A DNA stretch of 64,000 bases from Bythopirellula sp. (GTDB lineage: Bacteria > Planctomycetota > Planctomycetia > Pirellulales > Lacipirellulaceae): the NCBI GenBank assembly GCA_965216565.1, contig OZ244170.1:2592001-2656000 (forward strand), read 5' to 3'. Position 1 is the stretch's first letter. Each line of letters starts with the position of its first letter. Of this stretch, positions 49,650 to 59,490 are shown piece after piece. A program made the position numbers and the translations under genes. Under the pieces are notes generated by a model. The model saw only the letters and a program-made list of their open reading frames with translations. It was not told the DNA's origin and did not search any database.

Positions 49650-50252
49650 ATGTCTCGACTAAATAAGTTTACGAAGTTCATGCTGCTCGCTGTGATTGCA
49701 ATGGGATCGCTCTCGACCACGGGTTGCTTCTGGGGTTTGCAAACATTGGGTCCCAGCTTGGGGCCTTTCGCAATACCCGTTCCAATTAGCCCCTACTTGC
49801 AAAAACGCAAGGAGGACGCGTATTGGAATCACGAGCGATACGATCGGGTGCCAATTTTGGGTCCCATCACCTCAGGGGCTGAGATCGTAGCTCTCGATCC
49901 GCCGAGCGACGACGAAGTCATGCGAGCTTTGGAAAAGGCCGACCCGGTCCAGGGTGGTGTGCCATTCCTTCACGAACACAATCGCAATAACGTGCGAATC
50001 GTCAAAAAGAAGATTGCCGACTATGTCGATCCGCCACGGGTCATGCCAATGATCGGTCCCGTGCAGCAGCACCACGCTCACTATTGCTGCACAATCTACT
50101 ACGAAGACGTGCGACGCATTGGCTGGCCAGTGCCACACACGTTGCGAGACGAAGATGCACGCGAGGTGATCTATATCGACCATAACCACCTCCACATGGT
50201 GGGGAACGTTGACGGAACTCCTTGTGCAGCCTGCGATGCGGCAGGACCGTAG
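49650..50252 (+). CDS. Hypothetical lipoprotein
   Basis: Basic N-terminus, hydrophobic stretch and lipobox-like STTGC; protein-like composition; followed by a terminator. Confidence 0.75.
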   Translation: MSRLNKFTKFMLLAVIAMGSLSTTGCFWGLQTLGPSLGPFAIPVPISPYLQKRKEDAYWNHERYDRVPILGPITSGAEIVALDPPSDDEVMRALEKADPVQGGVPFLHEHNRNNVRIVKKKIADYVDPPRVMPMIGPVQQHHAHYCCTIYYEDVRRIGWPVPHTLRDEDAREVIYIDHNHLHMVGNVDGTPCAACDAAGP

Positions 50253-50284
50253 TTCACTCGGGAAAGCCACAGGCACCAAAGAAC

Positions 50285-50329
50285 AAGGCATGCCGAATTC
50301 CAAGGAGCGGAATTCGGTGTGCCTTTTTT
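50285..50329 (+). terminator. Rho-independent terminator
   Basis: AGGCATGCCGAATTCC-loop-GGAATTCGGTGTGCCT followed by TTTTT. Confidence 0.85.
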
Positions 50330-50370
50330 GCTAGTTTCACGACTCGGATAATTAGAGGCGGAATTTGGAC

Positions 50371-52815
50371 ATGTCCACCGCGGTGCGTCGAATGTTGCTG
50401 AGCTTGCCGCTAATGGCACTTGCACTGGGCACGGTAAGTGTTCGGGGTGAGCAAGCCGCATTCGACACTGCAGCAAGCGCCTACCGACAGGGCGATTGGG
50501 AAACGGCTGCCACGCAATTTCAAAATCTTCTATCGAATTCGAACGATCCCACTTCTGCCGAGCAAATTCGATTCTTTCTGGCTGAGTGCGAAATGCAGTT
50601 GGGGCAATACGCCTCTGCTCAGCAAAACTACCAATCGGTTCGTGAATTCGCCGACCAGGAGCTTTCGGCCCGGGCCCTCTTTCGCTGCGGCGAAGCGGCT
50701 CTGTTTGCCGGCGACGATCAACTGGCGGACGACCTACTGCATCAATATCTGAGTGCCAATCCAGATTCGGCCTCAGCCGCTTTTGCTTGGATGTATCTAG
50801 GGGATCTCGCCAACAGGCGCGGTGACCTAGAAACAGCTGCGGCGGCGTTTCGCACGGTTGCGAAAGATCATTCGCATTCGCCCAACGCAGACTCGACGCG
50901 GTTGGCTCTGGCCAAAGTTTTTTTGGCCCGTGGCGAGTACGATCAGGTGCCCCAGGTTCTTACATCAATCAGCGAGGATGGAGATCCATCAATATCCGCG
51001 GAGGCGGCGCTGTTAACAGGACGCGCTATGTTTGAGCAAGGAGAGTACGAACAGTCGCTCGCACGTTTTCGACAGGTCATTGAAAACTATCCGCAAACTG
51101 AAACGCGTTTCCGCGCCAGGATCGCTGCCGCCTGGGCGCTCTGGCGATTGGAGCAATTCTCTGCCATCAGAGACGAAGTAAAGCCACTGGCCAATCAGCC
51201 GCACTGGCTTGCCGATTACCATTACCTATTGGGCATGGCGGCCTACGGTCAGCAGGATTGGTCGGCCGGAACGAAGCAACTTGCCAAGGCACTAGCTCTC
51301 CGACCCGATCATCCCAGTCACGATGCCATGTTGTTCTACCAAGGCCTCTGCTATTCGCGTGGCGAGCGACTCGCAGCGGCGGAAAGCGTTTGGGAAAGGC
51401 TCTGTGCCGAGCATCCGAATAGCACCTGGCGAGACGACGCGCTGTGGGAACTTTCCCGGATGGCCCGCTTGAAACAGGATACTCAGCAATACAACTCAAG
51501 GGTGCAGACCCTGCGTCAAGAAGTCCCCGCCAGCGACTACATTACATCGTTTTACGACCAGGGTGATAACACACAAACACATAACACTCCTGCACAGATT
51601 GATAGGTTGGCTGAAGCACAGGACCTGCTCGACGAGGCGGTCGGTCTCGAGCGCGACGGCCACTTTCACCGAGCTATCGCCAGCTACGAAGAACTCATAG
51701 CACTTACACCTGCCAACTCGCTTGTGCATGAGGGGATTTGGCGAAACGCGAAGCTCCATCAGCGTTTGAAGCGAAACCGCCAAGCCATGCGACTTCACGA
51801 GCAATATCTGCGCAGCGATCCGACCTCGTCACACTTGGCAGAATCACATGCAGCCCTGGGAACCCTCGCACTGTCGGGGGGGAATAAGGGATTGGCGAAC
51901 AAACATTTCCAGGTTTTGCTAGAAAAGTTCCCCCAGAGCGCCCAAGCGGCCGGTGCAGCCTATTGGCTGGCCCGCCTTGCTGCCGATGACAATGATAGCG
52001 AAAAGGCTCTCGAGTACCTCGACGCCACCCTCGCCATGTTGGAACAGCTCGAGTCACCACACGATCGTGAGAAAAATATTCTTGCGCAGGCCGTGGTCCT
52101 CAAAAGTAAGTTGCTTGCCGAAAACGAAAATTGGCCAGAAGTTCGCAATTTGGCAGTTAATGCCCTCTCCAAGTTGCAACAGGGGACGGCACAAGTGAAG
52201 CTGGAGTTCTGGCTGGCAGAGGCGGAGTTTCGCACTGAAGAATTTGACCAAGCACGGAATCGATTTGAAGAACTCCAACCGCGGACGGCCGGTATCCAGG
52301 AAGCGTGGGTCGCCATGGTTCCGCTGCGACGTGCACAGCTTTTTGCTCAACGATTGCAGTGGAAGGAAGTGCTCACTCTGCTAGAGAAACTGGAAGAGAG
52401 TCACCCAAACTTTGCTTTGCAATACGAAGTAGATTACCTACGCGGCCGGGCCCTAGCGGGTCGGGGACAGATGCGTGCAGCTCGGACGTACTATGAAGAG
52501 GTGTTGCAAAATCCAAGGTCTTCGGCAGAAACGTCTGTGGCGGCGCAATGGATGATAGGGGAGACATATTTTCATCAGCAGAACTACGAAACCGCTCGCC
52601 TCACCTATCAACAGGTGATCGACGACCACGACGCAGCCGATTGGCAAGCTCGCGCTGCATTGCAGATTGGCAAATGTTGGGAGTTGGAACAGAACTGGGA
52701 TAAAGCACGGGCGACCTATACCAGGGCGATGACGAATTGGCCCGACACGCAAACGCAACAACAGCTCGAAACACGATTGAGATGGGCTCAGCGTCACGGC
52801 AACCCCCGACGCTAA
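50371..52815 (+). CDS. Exported TPR protein (CpoB/BamD-like repeats)
   Basis: Signal peptide then continuous TPRs ending in ..YP/HP/FP turns. Confidence 0.88.
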   Translation: MSTAVRRMLLSLPLMALALGTVSVRGEQAAFDTAASAYRQGDWETAATQFQNLLSNSNDPTSAEQIRFFLAECEMQLGQYASAQQNYQSVREFADQELSARALFRCGEAALFAGDDQLADDLLHQYLSANPDSASAAFAWMYLGDLANRRGDLETAAAAFRTVAKDHSHSPNADSTRLALAKVFLARGEYDQVPQVLTSISEDGDPSISAEAALLTGRAMFEQGEYEQSLARFRQVIENYPQTETRFRARIAAAWALWRLEQFSAIRDEVKPLANQPHWLADYHYLLGMAAYGQQDWSAGTKQLAKALALRPDHPSHDAMLFYQGLCYSRGERLAAAESVWERLCAEHPNSTWRDDALWELSRMARLKQDTQQYNSRVQTLRQEVPASDYITSFYDQGDNTQTHNTPAQIDRLAEAQDLLDEAVGLERDGHFHRAIASYEELIALTPANSLVHEGIWRNAKLHQRLKRNRQAMRLHEQYLRSDPTSSHLAESHAALGTLALSGGNKGLANKHFQVLLEKFPQSAQAAGAAYWLARLAADDNDSEKALEYLDATLAMLEQLESPHDREKNILAQAVVLKSKLLAENENWPEVRNLAVNALSKLQQGTAQVKLEFWLAEAEFRTEEFDQARNRFEELQPRTAGIQEAWVAMVPLRRAQLFAQRLQWKEVLTLLEKLEESHPNFALQYEVDYLRGRALAGRGQMRAARTYYEEVLQNPRSSAETSVAAQWMIGETYFHQQNYETARLTYQQVIDDHDAADWQARAALQIGKCWELEQNWDKARATYTRAMTNWPDTQTQQQLETRLRWAQRHGNPRR

Positions 52816-52833
52816 CACAATAAGGACGCAAGG

Positions 52834-53628
52834 ATGCGGTTCTCCATAAAACAATCACTCGTCATGATGACAGGCCTCGGGCTAGGCCATTGCTTGGCAT
52901 TGCCATGTTTGGCGCAAGAGATTGCTACCGACCGAGCGACCGAGAGTATTCAGGGCAAGAGCTTGTGGGAGATGTTTCTAGCCGGCGGTCCCTTACTGCT
53001 GCCAATCGTTCTTTGCTCATTCGTCCTGCTACTGGTTGTGTTTGAACGAACCGTTAGCCTGCGGCGTCGACGTGTGGTACCGCGGTTGTTTTCCGAACGT
53101 TTCTTGCTGCAGACCGGCGAAGGCGCGCTCACCAAGAACGATGCGTTGCAGCGCTGCATGGAAAACGACAGCCTGGTAGCCCGCGTATTTGCATCCGCAG
53201 TGCGCAAGTGGGGCAAGCCAGCTGTGGAAGTCGAACAAGCGGTGATCGACGAGGGCGAACGCGTAGCGAACGAGATGAGACGCTTCTTGCGGGTGATCAA
53301 CGGTGTGGCCACGGTATGCCCACTCATGGGTTTGCTAGGGACAGTCTGGGGAATGATGCAAGCCTTCGAGGCAATCGCTGATAGCTCGGCAATGGGGCGA
53401 CCCGATCTACTTGCCGGTGGCATCAGCGGGGCGTTGCTATCCACGGCTGCCGGGCTTAGCGTCGCGATCCCGGCACTCATTTTGTACATGTGGTTTGTTG
53501 GCCGGGTGGACATGCTGGTGATGGAGATCGACAGATACGGCCAGGAGCTCGTCAATTCGATTTCTGCCGAGGCTCTGGAAGAACGTCGCAGCCGACCACG
53601 CGCAACCAAGGGCAAAAAAGCAGCATAA
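52834..53628 (+). CDS. MotA/TolQ/ExbB proton channel family protein
   Basis: [52 protein letters not shown]. Confidence 0.93.
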   Translation: MRFSIKQSLVMMTGLGLGHCLALPCLAQEIATDRATESIQGKSLWEMFLAGGPLLLPIVLCSFVLLLVVFERTVSLRRRRVVPRLFSERFLLQTGEGALTKNDALQRCMENDSLVARVFASAVRKWGKPAVEVEQAVIDEGERVANEMRRFLRVINGVATVCPLMGLLGTVWGMMQAFEAIADSSAMGRPDLLAGGISGALLSTAAGLSVAIPALILYMWFVGRVDMLVMEIDRYGQELVNSISAEALEERRSRPRATKGKKAA

Positions 53629-53638
53629 GGGAAGTGTG

Positions 53639-53727
53639 ATGTTTGATGTCTGATTGTTGATGTCAGCCATCTCTGAGTTTCCAGATATTTCCTACGTTTT
53701 TTAGAACAACAATCAAACATCAAACAT
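53639..53727. repeat. Inverted heptamer-repeat element
   Basis: ATGTTTGATGTCTGATTGTTG (53639-53659) pairs 20/21 with CAACAATCAAACATCAAACAT (53707-53727); 7-nt periodicity. Confidence 0.75.
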
Positions 53728-53732
53728 TCCCG

Positions 53733-54164
53733 ATGCCCCTTAAGACTCAACAAGATGAACAGCCTGTGCTGAACCTCACGCCGATGATCGACGTGGTGTT
53801 TTTGCTGATTATCTTTTTCATGGTCGCAACCAAGTTCTCGGAGCGCGAGAGAGATATCGAGCTCGAACTTCCGGAAGTCGCTGCAGCATCTGCGCTCACT
53901 TCTGCTCCCAAGCAGCGTGAGGTGACCGTTTATTCAGAAGGCAAGATCGAACTCGATGGCGAGAGTGTTAGCCTATCCGAGTTGACCAGCACATTGACCG
54001 CGGCAAAGAGAGACTATCCTAATACAAGCGTGGTCATTCGCGGAGATGCTTCGTGCGCTTTTCAGCATGTGGCTGCCACGCTGGCGGCATGCAAGGACGC
54101 CAACATTTCTGACCTCGGCATCACCGTCCGAATTGCCAATGGCGCATCGCCAGCCCGGAGGTAG
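53733..54164 (+). CDS. ExbD/TolR family protein
   Basis: LNLTPMIDVVFLLIIFFMVATKF, VVIRGD. Confidence 0.94.
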   Translation: MPLKTQQDEQPVLNLTPMIDVVFLLIIFFMVATKFSERERDIELELPEVAAASALTSAPKQREVTVYSEGKIELDGESVSLSELTSTLTAAKRDYPNTSVVIRGDASCAFQHVAATLAACKDANISDLGITVRIANGASPARR

Positions 54165-54167
54165 GCG

Positions 54168-55937
54168 ATGTCGCATTCAGCAATTCAACTTCTGGCCTCC
54201 TGGGGCTTGCCCACTTTTACGTGGGTCATGATGTGGTCGGTACTTGCCATTCTTACCGTCTTGCTGCTTGTACTTCTCCGAACGCGTTGGAGCAAATCGA
54301 AACCATGGCGACGGTACGCGGTGCTTTCTCTATGGGTTCATGTGCTTCTAGCCTGTGCGACCATGACCGTGCGAATCGTCACCGGTGCCCCCGATTCTGG
54401 CGAAGGAGAGATGGTTCGTGTTACCGTGTTGAATACGGAGATGTTCGAAGACGAGCAGCACGAACCCGCTGAACTTCCCGAGTGGGAACTTCCAACCAGC
54501 CAGGAAATCATTGCTCCAGAACTAACACCCCTCGAAGAGTCCCCACCCGAACCCGCAGAGCCCACTCCAGATTCCGCAGCTATGGAGCAACTTGCGGAAA
54601 TGAGTAGTGAGCCGCCCCCGTCCCCTGCCCCACCGCTGGAAGCGCCCACGTTGATGGCACCACCCCCTGCCGATGCCTCCACAGAGTCGGCGGCATCGAA
54701 AGTGGTCGAGACTTCCTCAGACAAAACACTCGCAAAATCGAACGAGCCAAAAGAGAAAAAGGAACTTGCCGAGTCAGCGGCGGACGTCGTTCCCAAAAAG
54801 CCTGCCCCTCCATCGGTCCCGCAAACTTACCAAGACCGCTTCGCCGAGAATCGCCAACAGATTGCAGAAAGCGGTGGCGGCAGCGCGCAGACCGAAAAGG
54901 CCGTCCATGCAGCACTCAAATGGTTGGCAGCCGCCCAGTCCGCAAACGGCGGTTGGGATGCTTCGCGATTTGGGGCGGGCAAAGAGCAAAGGGTTCTTGG
55001 AGAAGACCGTCGCGGTGCCGGTCGCAATGCCGACACAGGCGTGACAGGGCTCGCTCTACTTGCGTTTCTTGGCTCCGGCAATACACATCGGCATGGTGCG
55101 TACACCTCACAAGTTGCCGACGGCCTGGAGTATCTCCGTCAACGTCAACGGAGCGACGGGGCCTTGTTCGGCGATGCTCAGGTTTTCGCCCGAATGTACT
55201 GCCATTCGATGGCCACTTTCGCGGTGTGCGAGGCCTTGGCCTTAACCGGCGACGAACGGCTGAAGCCCGTTGCCGAAGCAGCAGTTCGATACACGCTTGC
55301 CATGCAACATCCTACCGATGGCGGCTGGCGTTACCGGCGAGGCGATACGGGAGACACTAGCCAACTCGGCTGGCAACTCATGACGCTCAAAAGCGCAGAA
55401 CTGGCTGAGCTTCCAGTACCTGCTTCTACCTGGTCGCTCGTTGAACGCTATCTGCGTCGAGTGCGTCGCGGAAACACTGGCGGCCTGGCAAGCTATCGTC
55501 CCGAGGCACCAGCCAGCCGAACCATGACCGCCGAAGCCATGTTCTGTCGTCAGTTGCTTCGCGCCACTGGCTACGGGGGAATTAGCACTAGCGAACTGCA
55601 CGAAGCGCTGCGCGTGATTTCTCAGCAGCCTCCCGCCGATAATCAACGAAACTTGTACTATTGGTACTATGCCACCTTGGCGCTACATCAAGCCAAAGAA
55701 GAATCGACCGACGCGGCAGATACTTGGGACGATTGGAATCATTCCCTGACCACGGTCCTTCTAACCACCCAGCAAGAAGATGGTAGCTGGAGTGCCGACA
55801 CCACTTGGGGTGGGTACGGCGGTCGCGTTTATACGACGGCTCTCTCGGCCATGTGCTTGGAGGTGTATTATCGTTACCTACCCGCACAGGCTCCCGGCCC
55901 TGTGGCCCGCCGCCCCTGGCAGGCTGTCCCTTATTAG
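54168..55937 (+). CDS. Membrane-anchored prenyltransferase/squalene-oxidase-repeat protein with Pro-rich linker
   Basis: Two N-terminal TM helices, Pro/Glu-rich linker, QW-like repeats (ALKWLAAAQSANGGW, QHPTDGGW, QQEDGSW), C-terminal GGRVYTTALSAMCLEVYYRYLP. Confidence 0.85.
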   Translation: MSHSAIQLLASWGLPTFTWVMMWSVLAILTVLLLVLLRTRWSKSKPWRRYAVLSLWVHVLLACATMTVRIVTGAPDSGEGEMVRVTVLNTEMFEDEQHEPAELPEWELPTSQEIIAPELTPLEESPPEPAEPTPDSAAMEQLAEMSSEPPPSPAPPLEAPTLMAPPPADASTESAASKVVETSSDKTLAKSNEPKEKKELAESAADVVPKKPAPPSVPQTYQDRFAENRQQIAESGGGSAQTEKAVHAALKWLAAAQSANGGWDASRFGAGKEQRVLGEDRRGAGRNADTGVTGLALLAFLGSGNTHRHGAYTSQVADGLEYLRQRQRSDGALFGDAQVFARMYCHSMATFAVCEALALTGDERLKPVAEAAVRYTLAMQHPTDGGWRYRRGDTGDTSQLGWQLMTLKSAELAELPVPASTWSLVERYLRRVRRGNTGGLASYRPEAPASRTMTAEAMFCRQLLRATGYGGISTSELHEALRVISQQPPADNQRNLYYWYYATLALHQAKEESTDAADTWDDWNHSLTTVLLTTQQEDGSWSADTTWGGYGGRVYTTALSAMCLEVYYRYLPAQAPGPVARRPWQAVPY

Positions 55938-55997
55938 ATTGGTAATCAAGATCCTGCAAAAAGCAGGAAAGCCGCCCTCAACGCTCACTTTGGCTGT

Positions 55998-56025
55998 TTG
56001 ACTTGCCCCATTTGGCCAGTAGAAT
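55998..56025 (+). promoter_or_regulatory. Putative sigma70 promoter of the tat genes
   Basis: TTGACT-N16-TAGAAT. Confidence 0.5.
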
Positions 56026-56122
56026 TGAATGTAGAAGAGTCGCGAAATCCTTTGCGCTGTAACCACTTATGTGCGACGAGTTCTACGGCTCGTCAATGAA
56101 AGAGTTAACCATCGAGGTGGCC

Positions 56123-56398
56123 ATGGCCGCACCAATTTTTGCCATCGGATTCCCGGGCTTGCCCGAGATGCTGATCCTAGGCTTGATCGTCCTCATCCTG
56201 TTTGGCACTCGTTTGCCCTCCGTCATGCGTTCCCTGGGCGTAGGCATCACCGAGTTTCGTAAGGGAATCAAAGGCGAGATCGATGCCGACGGTCAGTCCT
56301 CGGTCGAAAAGAACGAATCTGTTATCGAGCAAAAGAGCGACTCCAGCAGCGAAAGCTCAGATCAAACCTCTCGCACCACTTCTTCCACAACTGCTTAA
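56123..56398 (+). CDS. tatA: Twin-arginine translocase TatA/E family subunit
   Basis: PGLPEMLILGLIVLILFGTRLPSVMRSLGVGITEFRKG; GAGGTG RBS before ATG 56123. Confidence 0.9.
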   Translation: MAAPIFAIGFPGLPEMLILGLIVLILFGTRLPSVMRSLGVGITEFRKGIKGEIDADGQSSVEKNESVIEQKSDSSSESSDQTSRTTSSTTA

Positions 56399-56422
56399 CA
56401 CTTGCCAACTTCTGCTGTGGAA

Positions 56423-56770
56423 ATGATTACATACGCAACTTTGATGGCTTTCATCAGCCCCAGTCCGAGCGAGATGATGGTGGTTGCCGTCGTGGCACTG
56501 CTGCTGTTTGGCGGCAAGCTCCCCGAAGTGGCCCGCACCTGGGGCCGAACCTTCGCTGAGTTCCGCCGCAACCTCACCGGCATTCAAAGCGAGATCAACG
56601 ACGCGATCTACAATGAACCGGAACGTCTAGAATATCGTCCGGAGTCAGACGCCTCGTATTCTAACGCGTCCTATGTCGACGAGCAGTACCCAGAGCGGAC
56701 ACTGAATAGTTCTGAAGAGGACGATGCCGAAACAGTTGCGGTAGAAGACGACGAGTCTTCGCGCGACTAG
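56423..56770 (+). CDS. Twin-arginine translocase TatA/TatB family subunit
   Basis: SEMMVVAVVALLLFGGKLPEVARTWGRTFAEFRR. Confidence 0.88.
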   Translation: MITYATLMAFISPSPSEMMVVAVVALLLFGGKLPEVARTWGRTFAEFRRNLTGIQSEINDAIYNEPERLEYRPESDASYSNASYVDEQYPERTLNSSEEDDAETVAVEDDESSRD

Positions 56771-56911
56771 CCATCGGTTTCAAATCCTAATCTCCCATCC
56801 CTGAGCCGACGGCCCTACCCGCGGGTTGCGCCCGGGAAACCTGAATTAGGGTCCCAAGTCGCGACGTGGCGTTGGGAAAATGAAAAATCTCCCCAAACCT
56901 TTGCACGCAAA

Positions 56912-56920
56912 TGTTATAAT
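56912..56920 (+). promoter_or_regulatory. Extended -10 promoter element upstream of the GH18 gene
   Basis: TGtTATAAT about 125 bp upstream of ATG 57047. Confidence 0.5.
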
Positions 56921-57046
56921 CACAGCTCTGCGAGCTTGGGTCGAACCTTCTCTCGATCCAATCGGGAATTGATCAGATTAGAGGATTGCCAGGCAGACAC
57001 CTTCCGCCAACCAAAATCCTCGGCATTGCCCCCTGGGAATCTATTT

Positions 57047-59335
57047 ATGCGAGCTTGGAATTCTCTCCAACCTAAGAGACAACTCTTCCAGTATGTCTGC
57101 TTAGTGATCTCTCTAACTCCTGCCATGTGCGCCCCCATCTTTGCGCAACAAGATTCCGTGTCGGCGTGGGATTCTGCCAGTTTTCGCAATTGGAGCTTCA
57201 TCCCGTACTGGACGAGCCAATCGCAACTGGAATCGTTTCCGGCCGATGGCTTGTACGATCACGTCTCGGATGTTCTTTATTTTTCTGGAGTGCGGCCAAC
57301 TGCTACCGGCGACTTGAACTACCATCCTTGGGCTGCTCAGCATCTAGCCACTTTGGCCAGCCAGAGAGCACAAGAAGGCTTTCGCTACCATATGAGTATG
57401 TTCGACACCTTCGGGGGAGATGTGGAGACGGTCTGGAATTCAATCGTCTCCAATCCAACGAACCGTGCTAATTTTGTCACTCAAGTGACTAGTCTCTTGC
57501 AATCGAACGGCATGACCGGCTTCAATCTCGATTGGGAACGGCCGAATACTGTCACTGAATGGGCCAACTACACCCAATTGGCGCACGACCTTAGAGACTC
57601 GATCGGGCCACTTGGAATGGAGATTTCAGTCGACGACTTTGGATTCACTGATTCCCGCTGGGACGATTCGTCGGTTTTCGATGCGCGGATTTACGATCAG
57701 CTGTTCATCATGGGCTATCACTACCCGGCCTATAGTTCCAACGCACTCAATAACAACTTCTTTGCAAACGGAAAGCTCGCCCTCACTGGGCAGGGCCCGG
57801 AAAAAGCGTTTACTAACGAGCAACTTGTCCTCGGCATTGGGACTTGGGGGAAGGCGACGGTTTCTGGCCAATCGATCAAGACTCTCAAGTCGATCGTGGA
57901 GTCCGATCCCAATCTAGCCTACGATGCCACCACTTGGACGGACGGAACCAATACTTGGGAAATCCAGAGCCGCGAACAGGTGCGCGACAAGGTTCAGCTT
58001 GCACTCGATCGCAACATGGCCGGCATCATGAATTGGACCTTGCATTACGATTCGCCGACGGAGCTTGGCTTGCATCGGGTTGCCCACCATTACATTGTCG
58101 TGCAGCGCGACGTCCCCGATTTGAATTTGGACGGCGAGGTCAACGCCGCGGATGCCGAAGTGCTTTCAGACAACATGGGCACCGTTCCTGGCTGGACGGG
58201 GACCAACACGGCAGCTCGTTTTGATAAGTTCTATCGCAGAGGCAACTGGGAGCAGGGCGATCATAACGGCAACGGTTTTGTGAATCAGGCAGACGCCGAT
58301 TGGCTGGCTGAGCGATTTGCCAGCTTGGGAGTCAATCTGCCGGACCGCCTGGCGTACACAGGCACCTTGGATAACTTTGCAAACGGCCCGGGGCTTGTCG
58401 GTCGCTGGCAAGTTCCTTTGACCGGTGGTGGAGATCTTCCCGAGACTGGCAATTTCACCCAACATGGACCGGGATCGTTGACCTTCAATGGCAGTGGGTT
58501 GGGAAGCGACAAGCATAGCGACTCGTCCCTAACTATTCGCAATCAAAATGCTGCAGAGGCCTTCGACACGCTTAACACTGATCCACGAGAGTTGGAAGTC
58601 GACTTGAGTGTGCCCATTAAATTGGGTCAAGAATCGGAAAGGTACTTCACGCTCTTGGTCCAGCAGAATACTGGCCCCTTGCTCTCATCCCAACTGGCTT
58701 CAGATCAACGAGACCTCTTCTTGCAGTTCCTTGATGCATCAGGAACCAACCAATTCGATATCTCATTGAGCGGCAAGAGCGGTGAACTGGGGATCAATAG
58801 TCGGGCGGATACAGGGGGTGAGGACGTATCAACCACTGGCATTCTACCCGACCTTACCTACCTGTTAGTCGGCAAGATCACCGGGAGCGGCGTCGACACA
58901 AACACGATGGAATTATCTTATTTCCCAGAGGGTGCTGACGTCGCTGACTTTACAGATCCCAATTTCTCTTGGATGCTTACAGCCAATAGCAGCCTCGGTT
59001 TCAATCCGACCATATCGAGCCTGAGTCTTGTTAGTTTGTACGAAGCCAACTACACCGTCAGCAATATCCAGATCGGCTCAGCCAACCGTTTCTTTGGCGT
59101 GCCGGGAGATTTTGACACGGATGGCGACGTCGATGGCTCTGATTTTCTCCTCTGGCAACGCGACCCGAGTGTGGGTTCCCTTAGCGATTGGGAAACGAAC
59201 TATGGTTCAACTTCACCACTCTCGGCAACCGCCACCACGGTGCCCGAGCCGTCGGTTTTATCAACTCTGCTGATAGCGATGATCACAATACTCTTGCGCC
59301 GCGATGTATCTGCTCAAAAGACGCAAGTTGCTTGA
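57047..59335 (+). CDS. GH18 glycoside hydrolase with dockerin-like repeats and PEP-CTERM sorting signal
   Basis: GMTGFNLDWERP catalytic strand, FIMGYHY, AGIMNWTLHYD; DLNLDGEVNAAD, GDHNGNGFVNQAD, GDFDTDGDVDGSDFLLWQR; C-terminal VPEPS + TM + RR. Confidence 0.85.
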   Translation: MRAWNSLQPKRQLFQYVCLVISLTPAMCAPIFAQQDSVSAWDSASFRNWSFIPYWTSQSQLESFPADGLYDHVSDVLYFSGVRPTATGDLNYHPWAAQHLATLASQRAQEGFRYHMSMFDTFGGDVETVWNSIVSNPTNRANFVTQVTSLLQSNGMTGFNLDWERPNTVTEWANYTQLAHDLRDSIGPLGMEISVDDFGFTDSRWDDSSVFDARIYDQLFIMGYHYPAYSSNALNNNFFANGKLALTGQGPEKAFTNEQLVLGIGTWGKATVSGQSIKTLKSIVESDPNLAYDATTWTDGTNTWEIQSREQVRDKVQLALDRNMAGIMNWTLHYDSPTELGLHRVAHHYIVVQRDVPDLNLDGEVNAADAEVLSDNMGTVPGWTGTNTAARFDKFYRRGNWEQGDHNGNGFVNQADADWLAERFASLGVNLPDRLAYTGTLDNFANGPGLVGRWQVPLTGGGDLPETGNFTQHGPGSLTFNGSGLGSDKHSDSSLTIRNQNAAEAFDTLNTDPRELEVDLSVPIKLGQESERYFTLLVQQNTGPLLSSQLASDQRDLFLQFLDASGTNQFDISLSGKSGELGINSRADTGGEDVSTTGILPDLTYLLVGKITGSGVDTNTMELSYFPEGADVADFTDPNFSWMLTANSSLGFNPTISSLSLVSLYEANYTVSNIQIGSANRFFGVPGDFDTDGDVDGSDFLLWQRDPSVGSLSDWETNYGSTSPLSATATTVPEPSVLSTLLIAMITILLRRDVSAQKTQVA

Positions 59336-59490
59336 AGGGATTGAACCAATCCAAGCCGAACCGACCGCTAGGATGGTCAATCTAGAAACTGAGTCGTTTA
59401 CCGTGGTTTAGTACCTGCATCGAATGAGCTCGAGCGAAGATCCGCCCAAGAGCAATCCAGGGTTGTCCGAATCGATAGAGGAAGCTCTGC

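Noticed and set aside
52950..53753. 267-aa minus-strand ORF
   Set aside because: Antisense shadow of exbB with no recognisable motifs.
54168..55937. Functional squalene-hopene cyclase
   Set aside because: Only one barrel's worth of QW-like repeats and no DxDD protonating motif.
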